Below the pieces are notes generated by a model. That model was not told the DNA's origin. It saw only the letters and a list, made by a program, of their open reading frames with translations, and made no database searches. This document shows, in pieces, positions 39,788 through 49,362 of a DNA stretch of 64,000 bases (within the stretch, counting starts at the first letter, position 1; every line of letters starts with the position of its first letter). Location of the stretch: contig JBMFSQ010000003.1 of NCBI GenBank assembly GCA_049967475.1, forward strand, positions 32,001-96,000. Direction: 5' to 3'. This DNA is from Chthonomonadales bacterium (GTDB lineage: Bacteria; Armatimonadota; Chthonomonadetes; Chthonomonadales; CAJBBX01). The translations under genes and the position numbers were made by a program.

Positions 39788-40294
39788 ATGATGCATTATC
39801 TTTTGATCCTATCGCACACCCTGGCTATCTACATCTACCTTATTGTGGGTTTGCGCTTCGTCGCTCGCCGCCAGTTGACCCAGCTAGCGGCGACGGATAT
39901 CGTCATCATCTTGCTGCTCGGCAGCGCCGTAGAGACCTCTATGATTGCCAACGACACGTCGCTTGCTGCCGGGCTCGTGTCCGCTGCGACGCTCATTGGG
40001 GCGGACTGGATCGTCACACGAGTTACCCTCCGGAGGCGGCGGCTGCGGAGGTTCCTTACGGGAGGGCCGCTCTTGCTGGTACACAACGGGCAGGTGCTCC
40101 ACAACAACCTGCGGCAGGCAGGCATGACGGAAGATGATCTTTTGGAAGCCCTTCGGGAGCGTGAGGCGGCCTCTCCAAGTGATGTCCGCTTTGCCGTCAT
40201 GGAGCTGGATGGAAGCATCACGGTAGTACTGCGCAGCCCGCACCGGCGTCACGTGACCCCGCCGGGCGGATGGAACAGCAACCCCAGTCCATAG
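39788..40294 (+). CDS. DUF421/YetF-family membrane protein
   Basis: RRQLTQL..TDIV, GGPLLLVHNG, LEALRE, MELDGSITVV. Confidence 0.85.
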   Translation: MMHYLLILSHTLAIYIYLIVGLRFVARRQLTQLAATDIVIILLLGSAVETSMIANDTSLAAGLVSAATLIGADWIVTRVTLRRRRLRRFLTGGPLLLVHNGQVLHNNLRQAGMTEDDLLEALREREAASPSDVRFAVMELDGSITVVLRSPHRRHVTPPGGWNSNPSP

Positions 40295-41397
40295 GTTATA
40301 GCGGCCTCTAGAACCCCCACGACGGTCATCTCGGTCCCCGAAGCAACCCAGCTTCTGGCAGTGACCAGGCTTTTTGCGGCTCCTACAGCAAAATGAGCCA
40401 AGGTGCTGATGACCGCCGAAGCAATCACAGCAGGCATGCCGCTTGCAAAGAAGAAAGGCAACACCGGTATGGCGGCTCCGAGGGCCGTGGAGATCGTAGC
40501 CGACGCCAGCGCCACCCAAGGGTTGGGGAAGTGTCGTTCGGAGAGGCCCAATTCCTCCGAGGCCATCGTTTTGAGAAACAGGTCCGGCTGTGCTGCGATG
40601 GTCCTGGCCATGTGTTCGGCCTCTTCCTTTGTGAAGCCTTTGATCTGGTAAATGAGCGCCAACTCTTCGCTTTCATGTTCGGGGTCCTCATGGATTTCTC
40701 GCCGCTCTCGGGCGAGTTCCGCCTCGTACACTTCGCGTTCGGACTTGGTGGCCAAATAGGCGCCGGACCCCATGGAAAGGGCGCTGGCCAGCATCCCGAA
40801 AAGGCCTGCCACTACAACTTGGTGGCTGCCTCCGGTATAGCCTGCCATGCCGCTGACAATACCGAAGACCGCGCCGAGGCCATCGTTGACGCCGTAGATG
40901 GCGTCGCCAATCCAACTCCCCGTAGACACGTGCCACTTTTCGCGCTTCAGCATGGCTTCGAGTTGGGAATGTGGGGTAACCGCCGGCGCCATAGTCTGGA
41001 GGAGCCGTGCGTGGGCTTGCTCTTCGGCTTCCACCTCCAGGAAGAGACGGTGGGTTTCGGAATCCTCCCGGATCACATCGGATTGGCGGGAGAAAAACGC
41101 GATATTGCGTTCCTCTGCAGCCTCCATCCGGCGAAGGGCTGCATCCGTTCCCAGATAGCGGATTACCATGCGGTCGAGGAGACCGGGCCCCGGCGTCGCC
41201 TCGCTCACGTTCACGCCCATGGCCTCGAGGCGTTCCTCGAAGCGGCGGGCATGATCTTCCTCGGCTGCCGCCAGTTTGTGGAAGAGCTCTCTGCGCCGCT
41301 CGTCCGGCTGTTGGTCCCCAAGCATTCGGTAGAGGCGCGCGGCGTAAAGCTCTCGGTCCCGCGCGATGCGCAAAGCGCGGTGAAGCCTCCGATCCAT
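40249..41397 (-). CDS. Rubrerythrin/ferritin-like domain fused to a VIT1/CCC1 transporter domain
   Basis: Two EExHA motifs (EEDHA, EEQAHA) N-terminally; DAIYGVNDG and ALSMGSGAYLA VIT1 motifs; RBS before ATG 41397. Confidence 0.9.
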   Translation of the reverse strand: MDRRLHRALRIARDRELYAARLYRMLGDQQPDERRRELFHKLAAAEEDHARRFEERLEAMGVNVSEATPGPGLLDRMVIRYLGTDAALRRMEAAEERNIAFFSRQSDVIREDSETHRLFLEVEAEEQAHARLLQTMAPAVTPHSQLEAMLKREKWHVSTGSWIGDAIYGVNDGLGAVFGIVSGMAGYTGGSHQVVVAGLFGMLASALSMGSGAYLATKSEREVYEAELARERREIHEDPEHESEELALIYQIKGFTKEEAEHMARTIAAQPDLFLKTMASEELGLSERHFPNPWVALASATISTALGAAIPVLPFFFASGMPAVIASAVISTLAHFAVGAAKSLVTARSWVASGTEMTVVGVLEAAITYGLGLLFHPPGGVT

Positions 41398-41437
41398 GTC
41401 CCCTCCCAAAGGCTCTTCAGGCATTCCGTCGGTCCTC

Positions 41438-43489
41438 CTACCCGCCGATGCTTTTGTGCGCTCTATGGCCCACCATTCTCGCATGTTCCTTCGTGAAGAG
41501 CGGCCTTCCACAGGTGGGGCAGGCAGCTAGATCCGCTTTCCGGTCCAGCCATTCCAACACGGTGGTGACATAAGCACTATGGCTCCAGGTAAGGGGAGCC
41601 ACCGAGAGCGGCGCCCCTGTGTACGGATGGAGTTGCTCAGCCAGGACACCTGAAGCGAGGGCGCGGCGGGCTGCCCATTCCAGCACCTGGAGGGGTTCAC
41701 CCAGATCGTCCAGAGATGCCGCACGGGCGATCTGGTATTGCGCAACCCAAAGGGTGCATAGGAACCAGGGGTTGCCCGGAATTTGCCCGTCGCCCGCGTC
41801 AATGCGGTGGTAGGGGTCGTTTTCGTACCTGGCCAATCCGCCGACGGGAGTAGGAACCGTGAGGCGGGCGCGGAGTTGCGCAACGGTCTGCTCTACGCGC
41901 GCATCACTCGCGGGGATCATGCCGAAAAAAACAAGACCCAGAACAGAAGCGTCAAGCGTGTAATCTGCCTCGAAGGTACCGGACGGATGCTTCTGGAGCG
42001 TGCGGACGAAGCGGCCGGCTTCGGGTCGCCATAGAAGCGTCTCAACGGCACGTCGAATGCGCTGGGCAGCCTCCCGGTATTTTCGAGCGTGGCCGGCTTC
42101 CCCAAACGCGGCTGCAAAGTTGGCGGCAGCCATGAGGCCTCCATACACGGCCCCTGCAGTCCAGGCGTGAACGCCCCAACGTTCTTCCCAAAGGTCGTAC
42201 GAAGGCAACGGCAGTCCCGTGGCATGATCCACGTACCCTGCCATGAAATCTCCTGCCCGAATAATCACACTGCGGTACAGGGGCTTGATGTTCTCCACGT
42301 CGCCATATCGGTCAAAGTGCTTCCACAGCGCCCAAATCACAAGGGCCGTCTCATCCTCCTGGATGGGGATTACGGGCTCCCCATCCTGGATCCAGGGATG
42401 CCAGGAACTTCCGGTACTCCCGTCGGGGTTGTACTTGTGCAGGAAGTACCCTTCACGCGTGATGAGAGGCTGGCAGAAGCGGTAGAAGGCTGAGGCCGGC
42501 ACGATCATTTCGGCTAGATCCAGGGAATGCGCCACCAGCGCGCCGTCTCGCGGCCACATGTAGGAATATGTGTCTCGGTTGAACTGTTGATTGTCCGTGT
42601 CGTTTGCCGCGATGATGGCCCCGCCCGCGTCAATCTGCGTCCGGATGATGAGAAGGCTCCGCTTGAACTGCCGCACGACTTCAGCGGGCAGGCCGTCGAA
42701 ATCAAAGGAGCTCTTGTTTACCCAAAGGGACCAATACGCCGCCGTGCGGTCGAGAAGCGTTTGGGGCCCCTTGTCCAGGATGAGCTGATTGAGGAGCGTA
42801 ACCTCCTGGTAGCTTTCGCCTACGCAGATCCAATAGAACAGGTCTGTTGGACGACCAGGCTGCACCAGCGCCGACACCGCAACGGTGGAGTCCACAGACC
42901 CCTGGGCGATGGGGTTCTTACTAAGGACACCGTCGCCCTCGGCATCACGCCATGTTCCTTCCTTGCCTTCGGATTCCTTGATACCCGTAGCATAGTCTCC
43001 GATGCCTCGGCCATCAGCTGTGCGGATGTTGATGAGGAAATACCTGGGCCCTTTGTAGTGGATGACGACGCCGAGGCGCGGATGGTAGTAGGCTGTGTCC
43101 CCAATCTCGAAGTCGGAGATATGGAAGTCGTGATGGAAAAACAGACGCACCTCCCGAGGATGGTCGGCCAGATTGTGGATGCGAACATGGCGAACGTAGA
43201 TCGTCTCGTGAAAGTCCACGGCATCGCGGCAATCGAGGGCGATGCCGAGGGAGGTTGAGGTTAGGCGCACGCAAGACACCAAGGTGTCGTCTTCATAGTC
43301 TAGGGCGCGGGTCCATGTGTCGTCATGAACCCACGAGAAGCGCCCCTCAGTCCAAACGCCGAAGCGGAAGGGGTGGCCCGCAGTATGGTTCTCGCCGCCG
43401 ATGCGGGGGAAGTAGAGATCGCGAATGTGGTATTGGGCGTCGAAAGTTACCAAAAGGCGGCCATTGGCTAGTGGAATGTCTCGGGGCAC
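41438..43489 (-). CDS. Glycoside hydrolase family 15 (glucoamylase/trehalase-like)
   Basis: YSYMWPRDG, QEDET, DLWEER, GLARYEND, LAEQ, PLTWSH; GGAGG before GTG 43489. Confidence 0.92.
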   Translation of the reverse strand: MPRDIPLANGRLLVTFDAQYHIRDLYFPRIGGENHTAGHPFRFGVWTEGRFSWVHDDTWTRALDYEDDTLVSCVRLTSTSLGIALDCRDAVDFHETIYVRHVRIHNLADHPREVRLFFHHDFHISDFEIGDTAYYHPRLGVVIHYKGPRYFLINIRTADGRGIGDYATGIKESEGKEGTWRDAEGDGVLSKNPIAQGSVDSTVAVSALVQPGRPTDLFYWICVGESYQEVTLLNQLILDKGPQTLLDRTAAYWSLWVNKSSFDFDGLPAEVVRQFKRSLLIIRTQIDAGGAIIAANDTDNQQFNRDTYSYMWPRDGALVAHSLDLAEMIVPASAFYRFCQPLITREGYFLHKYNPDGSTGSSWHPWIQDGEPVIPIQEDETALVIWALWKHFDRYGDVENIKPLYRSVIIRAGDFMAGYVDHATGLPLPSYDLWEERWGVHAWTAGAVYGGLMAAANFAAAFGEAGHARKYREAAQRIRRAVETLLWRPEAGRFVRTLQKHPSGTFEADYTLDASVLGLVFFGMIPASDARVEQTVAQLRARLTVPTPVGGLARYENDPYHRIDAGDGQIPGNPWFLCTLWVAQYQIARAASLDDLGEPLQVLEWAARRALASGVLAEQLHPYTGAPLSVAPLTWSHSAYVTTVLEWLDRKADLAACPTCGRPLFTKEHARMVGHRAHKSIGG

Positions 43490-43520
43490 TGTGAGCCTCC
43501 AAAGAATGGCCCTGCAACCG

Positions 43521-43549
43521 TTGACTCGGGCCGAGCGATTTGATAGATT
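43521..43549 (+). promoter_or_regulatory. Putative sigma70 promoter giving a probably leaderless transcript of the DprA-like gene
   Basis: TTGACT-N17-TAGATT with a TGn extension; the ATG lies 7 nt after the -10 box and has no SD. Confidence 0.55.
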
Positions 43550-43556
43550 ATGACCT

Positions 43557-44447
43557 ATGGAACAGGCGTCCATTGTGCATCTCGTTTTGCTGCTGATGGA
43601 AACGCCCGGTGTGGGCCCGCGAGCTGTGGCATCCGTGCTGCGCCGCGCCGCGGTTCTGCGCACGTGCCCAGAAGCGGTGATGCGCGCACCGCCTACCGTG
43701 CTGGCGGAACAGTACGGCCTGGGTCGGAAGCAAGCCGAGCGCTTTGCACAACTCGCCAGGGAACACAGAACAGTCGTCTGGGACATGGCACGGTGGCTGA
43801 GCCGGAACGGCGTGGCCGTGGTGACCTTGTCCGATGCCAGCTATCCTCAGCGGTTGCTGGGGCACATGGCGGATCCTCCTCCGGTCCTTTTCCTTTACGG
43901 GGAAGCGAGCTTGTTGGACGGCACACTCTTTGCCGTGGCCAATTCCAACAAAGCGCCGGAACCAATGCTGAAGGCGTGCGACCGGGCCGCTGAAGAGGCC
44001 AACGACGCCGGCCTCATCCTGGTAACAGGCCATAACCGCCTCGAATATCAAAGACCTGCCCTCGCTGTGCGCAGGAACGGCGGATCTGTGTGCACGGTGT
44101 TGGACCGGGGGCTGGTTCCCGGGTTCGGAGGCGATCTTACGCGGCCTCTCTTCGCCGCGGCCCGCATCTGGTCTTGTGTGTTCGACGTCCGCAAGGAACT
44201 TGCGCTTACCCCCTTTGCGCTCCACGATTACGGCATCGGAGCGAACAACCGGAAGCGCGACGAGCTGATCTTCGCCCTGGCCGACGTCATTTATGCAGGC
44301 TTCCTTTTGCGCGGCGGCAGGATGGAGTACTTCTGCACACAGGCGGCTGCCCGCGGCGCTGTTGTGCGCTATGTTGCGGATGGACCGCCCCGCGGATCGC
44401 CGGGGGATGCAAGCGCCCGCGCATCCTTCCGTGTCCCACCGCAGTAG
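43557..44447 (+). CDS. Divergent DprA/SMF-like (SLOG fold) protein
   Basis: PGVGP HhH-like N-terminus, YPQRL...DPPPVLFLYGE, RDELIFALAD; canonical GSR and SGLAxGID motifs are replaced. Confidence 0.72.
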   Translation: MEQASIVHLVLLLMETPGVGPRAVASVLRRAAVLRTCPEAVMRAPPTVLAEQYGLGRKQAERFAQLAREHRTVVWDMARWLSRNGVAVVTLSDASYPQRLLGHMADPPPVLFLYGEASLLDGTLFAVANSNKAPEPMLKACDRAAEEANDAGLILVTGHNRLEYQRPALAVRRNGGSVCTVLDRGLVPGFGGDLTRPLFAAARIWSCVFDVRKELALTPFALHDYGIGANNRKRDELIFALADVIYAGFLLRGGRMEYFCTQAAARGAVVRYVADGPPRGSPGDASARASFRVPPQ

Positions 44448-44468
44448 CCTACGGAGAAAGGCAAGGCC

Positions 44469-46508
44469 GTGATCGGCACACGACCATTGAAGAAGCGCGC
44501 TGGGGAGAATGGCGGCGCAAAGGTGGGTCGTACGGCCGCGGGCAGTGCCTGGAGGGGCGTAACGCCGCGCGCCATCGCCGTTGCAATCCCGCTGGTAGCG
44601 GTGAATTGCTACTGGGTGCTGGAGACGGAGGGCATCTGGCACTCTAATCATGCCACCGCAATGTCGCTCTTTTGGAACACCACGTTTTTCCTGTTTGCGC
44701 TGGTGGTGCTCAATGTCTTCGTGTTGAAGCGCTTCGTGCCGCGCTTTGCCTTCAATCAAGGGGAGCTGATTACCATTTACGTCTTCATGACGCTGGGATC
44801 GGCGCTGGCAGGCCACGATTCGCTTCAACTTGGGATTCCAGCGGTGGGCGGTTTCCCAGTGTGGTTCCAGAGCCAGCAGCCGACCCTGGGGTGGGACGCC
44901 TTCAACCGCTTCTTCCCCAACTGGGCTATGGTGAAGGATCTGGACGTGCTGCGCCCGTACTACGAGGGGCTCGGCACACGCTTCCTGTACACCCGGCACA
45001 GCCTCTTGGCGTGGGCGACACCGGTTGCGTGGTGGTGCGCCTTCATCCTCGCCTTGGGAACCGTAATGATATGCCTCAATGTGTTCATCCGCAAGCAGTG
45101 GATGGAGAACGAGAAGCTCTCGTATCCCATCGTTCAGCTCCCTATGGCCCTCACCCATGATGGAGGCACTCTCGATTTCTTCAGACAAAAGCCGTATTGG
45201 ATCGGGTTTATGCTGGGTGCAGGTCTCGACGCCTACAACGGCTTGGCCACCCTCTATCCGTCGTTCCCCTTGATCCCGGTGCGCCACGATTACGCGCCCC
45301 ATAACCTAGGCCAATACTTCACAACCTATCCATGGACCGCCGTCGGCGATCTTCCCTTGCCGCTTTATCCATTCATCATTGCTCTGGGGTATTTTCTTCC
45401 CCTGGATCTCTCGTTCTCGCTGTGGTTTTTCTATCTGTTCAAGAAGGGCCTCTTGGTGCTCACGGCTGCCCTGGGCATCGAGCAGACCGGGGCCCACACG
45501 TTTCCTTACCTCACAGAACAATCCTTCGGAGCATGGGCAGCCATCTTTGCCATGGCGGCGTGGACGGCCCGCCACCACCTGGCGGCAGTGTGGCGCAAGA
45601 TCCTCACGAATGAAGGGTTGGATGACAGCGCCGAGCCCATGCGGTACCGGACGGCCTTTGTTCTTCTCGTTGCGTCAAGCGCGTTTTTGATCTACTTCTG
45701 CCTTCGGGCTGGGATGACGCTCGCGGCCGTCGTTGCGTGTTTCGGCATCTACTTTTTGATCTCTGTGGGCATCACGCGGATCCGAGCGGAACTGGGCCCT
45801 CCCGCCCATGAGATGGCAGGCAATATGAACGCGCCCTACCTCATGTCGTTGTTCGCCGGCACTGCAGGAGTGGGGTTGCCCAGCCTTACGATGATGACCA
45901 TGTTTTGGTGGTTTACAGGCCGGGGGTACCGCACACATCCTATGCCGTCCCAGTTGGAAGCATTCAAGATGGCAAGTCAGCCGGGGGTAGATATGCGCGG
46001 GCTGGGAGCCGCGATGATGCTCGCCATGCTGGTGGGCGGCTTCTTCAGTTTTTGGGCAGCGATCCACCTTCAATACAACGCCGGCGTCAACGTGATGACT
46101 GCGCACAACTGGGGGCAATTTCATTGGCTCAAAAGCCAGATAGATGCGCCGCAAACGGCCACGCGCAACCTTGCAGGGCAATACGCCGTAGGGGTAGGCG
46201 CGGTGGCGGCTGTGGCGATGATGTGGATGCGCACGCGTTTCTTGTGGTGGCCTTTTCACCCCGCCGGATACGCCATCTCTATGACCTTCGGGGCGGAGTA
46301 CTATTGGAGCTGCCTCCTCATCAGCACATTGGTTAAGTTCTTGGTCCTCCGGTATGGCGGGTATCGCCTCAACCGGCGGGTGATGCCGTTCATGTTCGGC
46401 TTGATCCTGGGTGAATATCTGGTGGGAGCAGGGTGGAGCTTCCTTTCGGTGTTGCTGAACAGCGGCCGGTATATCAACATCCGGACGTATGACTTTTGCC
46501 CAGGATAA
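44469..46508 (+). CDS. Large polytopic membrane protein, DUF6785/DUF6784-like (putative OPT-related transporter)
   Basis: GELITIY, RKQWMENEKLSYPIVQLP, LPLDLSFSLWFF, RIRAELG, WWPFHPAGY, VLRYGG, GLILGE. Confidence 0.75.
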   Translation: MIGTRPLKKRAGENGGAKVGRTAAGSAWRGVTPRAIAVAIPLVAVNCYWVLETEGIWHSNHATAMSLFWNTTFFLFALVVLNVFVLKRFVPRFAFNQGELITIYVFMTLGSALAGHDSLQLGIPAVGGFPVWFQSQQPTLGWDAFNRFFPNWAMVKDLDVLRPYYEGLGTRFLYTRHSLLAWATPVAWWCAFILALGTVMICLNVFIRKQWMENEKLSYPIVQLPMALTHDGGTLDFFRQKPYWIGFMLGAGLDAYNGLATLYPSFPLIPVRHDYAPHNLGQYFTTYPWTAVGDLPLPLYPFIIALGYFLPLDLSFSLWFFYLFKKGLLVLTAALGIEQTGAHTFPYLTEQSFGAWAAIFAMAAWTARHHLAAVWRKILTNEGLDDSAEPMRYRTAFVLLVASSAFLIYFCLRAGMTLAAVVACFGIYFLISVGITRIRAELGPPAHEMAGNMNAPYLMSLFAGTAGVGLPSLTMMTMFWWFTGRGYRTHPMPSQLEAFKMASQPGVDMRGLGAAMMLAMLVGGFFSFWAAIHLQYNAGVNVMTAHNWGQFHWLKSQIDAPQTATRNLAGQYAVGVGAVAAVAMMWMRTRFLWWPFHPAGYAISMTFGAEYYWSCLLISTLVKFLVLRYGGYRLNRRVMPFMFGLILGEYLVGAGWSFLSVLLNSGRYINIRTYDFCPG

Positions 46509-46771
46509 AGGGAATCCAGTTGTACAATTTATTAAGGAGCAAGGTTCGCTTGTATCGCACGCGTCCGGCATATCATGATCTCATCCGCCGGCTAAGGCTG
46601 TTCCGGATGCAAGCACACAGGAGGCTAAACAATTTTCATGACCGGGGAAGGAATCCGGGCTATGCATGCAGAAATGGGGAGACGTAAAAGCACTTTAACG
46701 TCCGTGTGCGAGGAGCGCACATGCGTGGGCTTCGCGCCCACAGGGGAACTGTGTGGGGGAGGAGGCGTGCG

Positions 46772-46993
46772 ATGGAAGTGAGCAAGGGTGTGGCGGCAGC
46801 CGTGATTGCCCTCGTGATCGCAGTTATCGCGGCAGTTGGTTACTTCATGTTCCTGAAGCCCAAAGGGCAGCCTTCGGAGCCCGTCAAGAAGATGTATCTG
46901 CAGCACGGTCTAGACAAGCCGCAAAACTACGGCGCTCCCGGCATGGGAGGCGCACCACAGCCGGGTGGGCCGGGCTCTGGAGGGCCTCAGTGA
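46772..46993 (+). CDS. Small single-pass membrane protein with Gly/Pro-rich tail
   Basis: GGAGGAGG RBS; helix VAAAVIALVIAVIAAVGYFMF; tail APGMGGAPQPGGPGSGGPQ. Confidence 0.75.
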   Translation: MEVSKGVAAAVIALVIAVIAAVGYFMFLKPKGQPSEPVKKMYLQHGLDKPQNYGAPGMGGAPQPGGPGSGGPQ

Positions 46994-47101
46994 TTTCGGT
47001 TTTGCTGGCCGCAAGGCCATTCCGGCCGTCGGCGGGCCAGGAGTGGTTTGGGCATAGACGGCTTCTCCAATCTGGAGAGTACTAACGAAAGGAGCAGATG
47101 T

Positions 47102-47908
47102 ATGAACGCCAAAGCTCGAGGACCAGGTTTTACGCTCATCGAATTGCTCGTAGTGATTGCGATCATTGCCATTCTGGCCGCGATCCTCTTCCCGGTCTTT
47201 GCCCAGGCCCGGGAGGCAGCCCGGAAGAGCTCGTGCGCCAGTAACCTCAAGCAGCTTACGCTCGGTTGCTTGATGTACCAATCCGACTATGATGGGCGCA
47301 TGGTAAACGGGGGGTATGACTGCTGGAGTGCTGCTCCGGGGTCCGGATGCAGCCAAAACAATCCGCAGCCGACCATCCAGTGGCAGTGGGTGATCTTCCC
47401 GTATGTAAGGAACTGGCAGATCTATCGCTGCCCTACGGACCCGCGCCCCCTGGAGAATACGTTCATCAGCTATTCGATCAATAACTGGGCCAGTGATCCC
47501 AGCAACCGGCCAGGCGGGCTCAATGAAGCCGTATTGGTGCGGCCGGCGGAAACAGCGCTCCTCCAGGAAGGGCTGAATACGGGTTGGGCGGATAACGCGC
47601 GGCATGCAGAAGCCTTGAAGATGATCGGCGACTACACCACATGGACCCAGTGGAACCGCGTAACCCATGACAACCCCGACTGGAACTGGAGCGATCAGTT
47701 GCCTCGCCACAACGGTGGAAACAACGTGTCGTTCCGGGACGGGCACGTGAAGTTCTTCCGCATGGTTCCTTATTGCCAGGCGAATAAAACCACGGGGAAT
47801 GCCCTCAAGTGGCAGCAGTACATGTCCAATGATCGCGCAAAGTGGAACCCCGCGTGGGATTGGGACATGGATTTCGGCGAGCCGAAGCCTGGAAGCGGCT
47901 GCCAGTAG
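47102..47908 (+). CDS. Prepilin-type N-terminal cleavage protein with DUF1559 and H-X9-DG motif
   Basis: [59 protein letters not shown]. Confidence 0.92.
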   Translation: MNAKARGPGFTLIELLVVIAIIAILAAILFPVFAQAREAARKSSCASNLKQLTLGCLMYQSDYDGRMVNGGYDCWSAAPGSGCSQNNPQPTIQWQWVIFPYVRNWQIYRCPTDPRPLENTFISYSINNWASDPSNRPGGLNEAVLVRPAETALLQEGLNTGWADNARHAEALKMIGDYTTWTQWNRVTHDNPDWNWSDQLPRHNGGNNVSFRDGHVKFFRMVPYCQANKTTGNALKWQQYMSNDRAKWNPAWDWDMDFGEPKPGSGCQ

Positions 47909-48051
47909 GAACCAATCGAAGTCAGCGACTGCTGGAGTCCGCGTGATCAGCGAACCTGTGCGCCGGCGGCGGGGCAAAGGCGCCTCGCCTCCGGTGCACA
48001 AATGTGGCTTTCTTGTGTAGCTAAGTACCTGTGTTCGAAAAGCAATATGCC

Positions 48052-49362
48052 ATGATCCTCCAAAGATTGGGCCGCGGGCTCTTGGCGCCACGGAAGCATG
48101 GTGCAATCATTGTGGTGTTGATGGTACTGTTGGGTGCCGGGGGCATCGCGTGGCTCCTTCGTCGTGGGTCGGCTCCGCCGGATTTTTCCCGCATGACGGA
48201 CAGCCAATTGAGCGCGTTGGCGAGGACCCATCCGTCCGTGGCGGTATTGGGTACTCTCTTCCAGCGTACTTTGCGCCGTGGTGCATGCGATCAGTCCCTC
48301 TCCATAGCCCAAGAGATGGTGCGCCGATATCCCCAAGATGCTCGGGCCCACAATGCCCTGGGGATCGCCTTTGTGTCGGTAGACCGGCTGGAGGACGCGC
48401 ACCGAGAATTTACGACCTCCATTACGCTTGATCCACGGCGCATCGAAGGATACGTGAACCTCGGCCGCCTTGCTATGAAGATGCGCAATTATGACCGCGC
48501 GAAGATCGAGTTTGATCGGGCGACGGCAGTGGACCCGAATTCCGCTTCGGCCTGGCGCGGCTTGGGTGAGGCGGAGGCGGCGTTGGGCGAGCGGAGCCCC
48601 GTGTCCGAGGCGCTACAGAAGGCCATCGCGCTCGCCCCGCATGATCCTGCTGCTTACGTAGATTTGGGCTGCTTCCACGCGGAGATGGGGCGCAACGAAG
48701 AGGGCCGTGCACTTCTCCAGAAGGCCTTCGATCTGGGCGATCGCTCCGGCAAACTCTATGCAGGGCTCACTATGGCCTACGCCGATCAGCCCCAATCACA
48801 GGACGAACTCAACCGGGCTCTTCAATGTGCGGCTGAGGCCGAGAAGCGCGGGGACCAAAGTTCCTTGCTCTTCTATGCAAAAGGACTGGCGCTGCAAAGG
48901 TTAGGCCGTTACAAGGAAGCCATCGGCGTCTACCGCCAGGCGGTTACCGTAAGCCCCAACGCCAATGGGCCATGGATTGGGCTTTCGCAGTGTTACCGGG
49001 CACTCGGTAGAATGGATATCGCCGAGGAGGCAGCGCGTATCGGGGAGCGGCTGCTGACGCAGAGGCAGAAGATAGGCAACCTGGAACACCAGATTCAATC
49101 CAGCCCCGACAGGCTCGATCTGAGGGAACAGTATGCCGGCATCATGATGGCCAATCACCAATACCTGCTCGCGGCCGACCAATACCGGTATATTGCCCAA
49201 CATGAGCCCGGCGATCCCAAGGCCTGGCTCAAGGTAGCCCGAGCGTTCGAGCTGGGCGGCAAGCCGGATCTGGCGAAGTATCTGCGCGCCTATGTCCGCG
49301 ACACAACGGCGCATGCCAGCCGCGCCCGCAGTCTCCCCGCGGCTGTAGCGGCCAAGTTCTGA
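48052..49362 (+). CDS. Membrane-anchored TPR-repeat protein (start 48031 or 48052)
   Basis: N-terminal hydrophobic helix followed by many TPR repeats (AHNALG, GYVNLG, AWRGLG, AYVDLG). Confidence 0.85.
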   Translation: MILQRLGRGLLAPRKHGAIIVVLMVLLGAGGIAWLLRRGSAPPDFSRMTDSQLSALARTHPSVAVLGTLFQRTLRRGACDQSLSIAQEMVRRYPQDARAHNALGIAFVSVDRLEDAHREFTTSITLDPRRIEGYVNLGRLAMKMRNYDRAKIEFDRATAVDPNSASAWRGLGEAEAALGERSPVSEALQKAIALAPHDPAAYVDLGCFHAEMGRNEEGRALLQKAFDLGDRSGKLYAGLTMAYADQPQSQDELNRALQCAAEAEKRGDQSSLLFYAKGLALQRLGRYKEAIGVYRQAVTVSPNANGPWIGLSQCYRALGRMDIAEEAARIGERLLTQRQKIGNLEHQIQSSPDRLDLREQYAGIMMANHQYLLAADQYRYIAQHEPGDPKAWLKVARAFELGGKPDLAKYLRAYVRDTTAHASRARSLPAAVAAKF

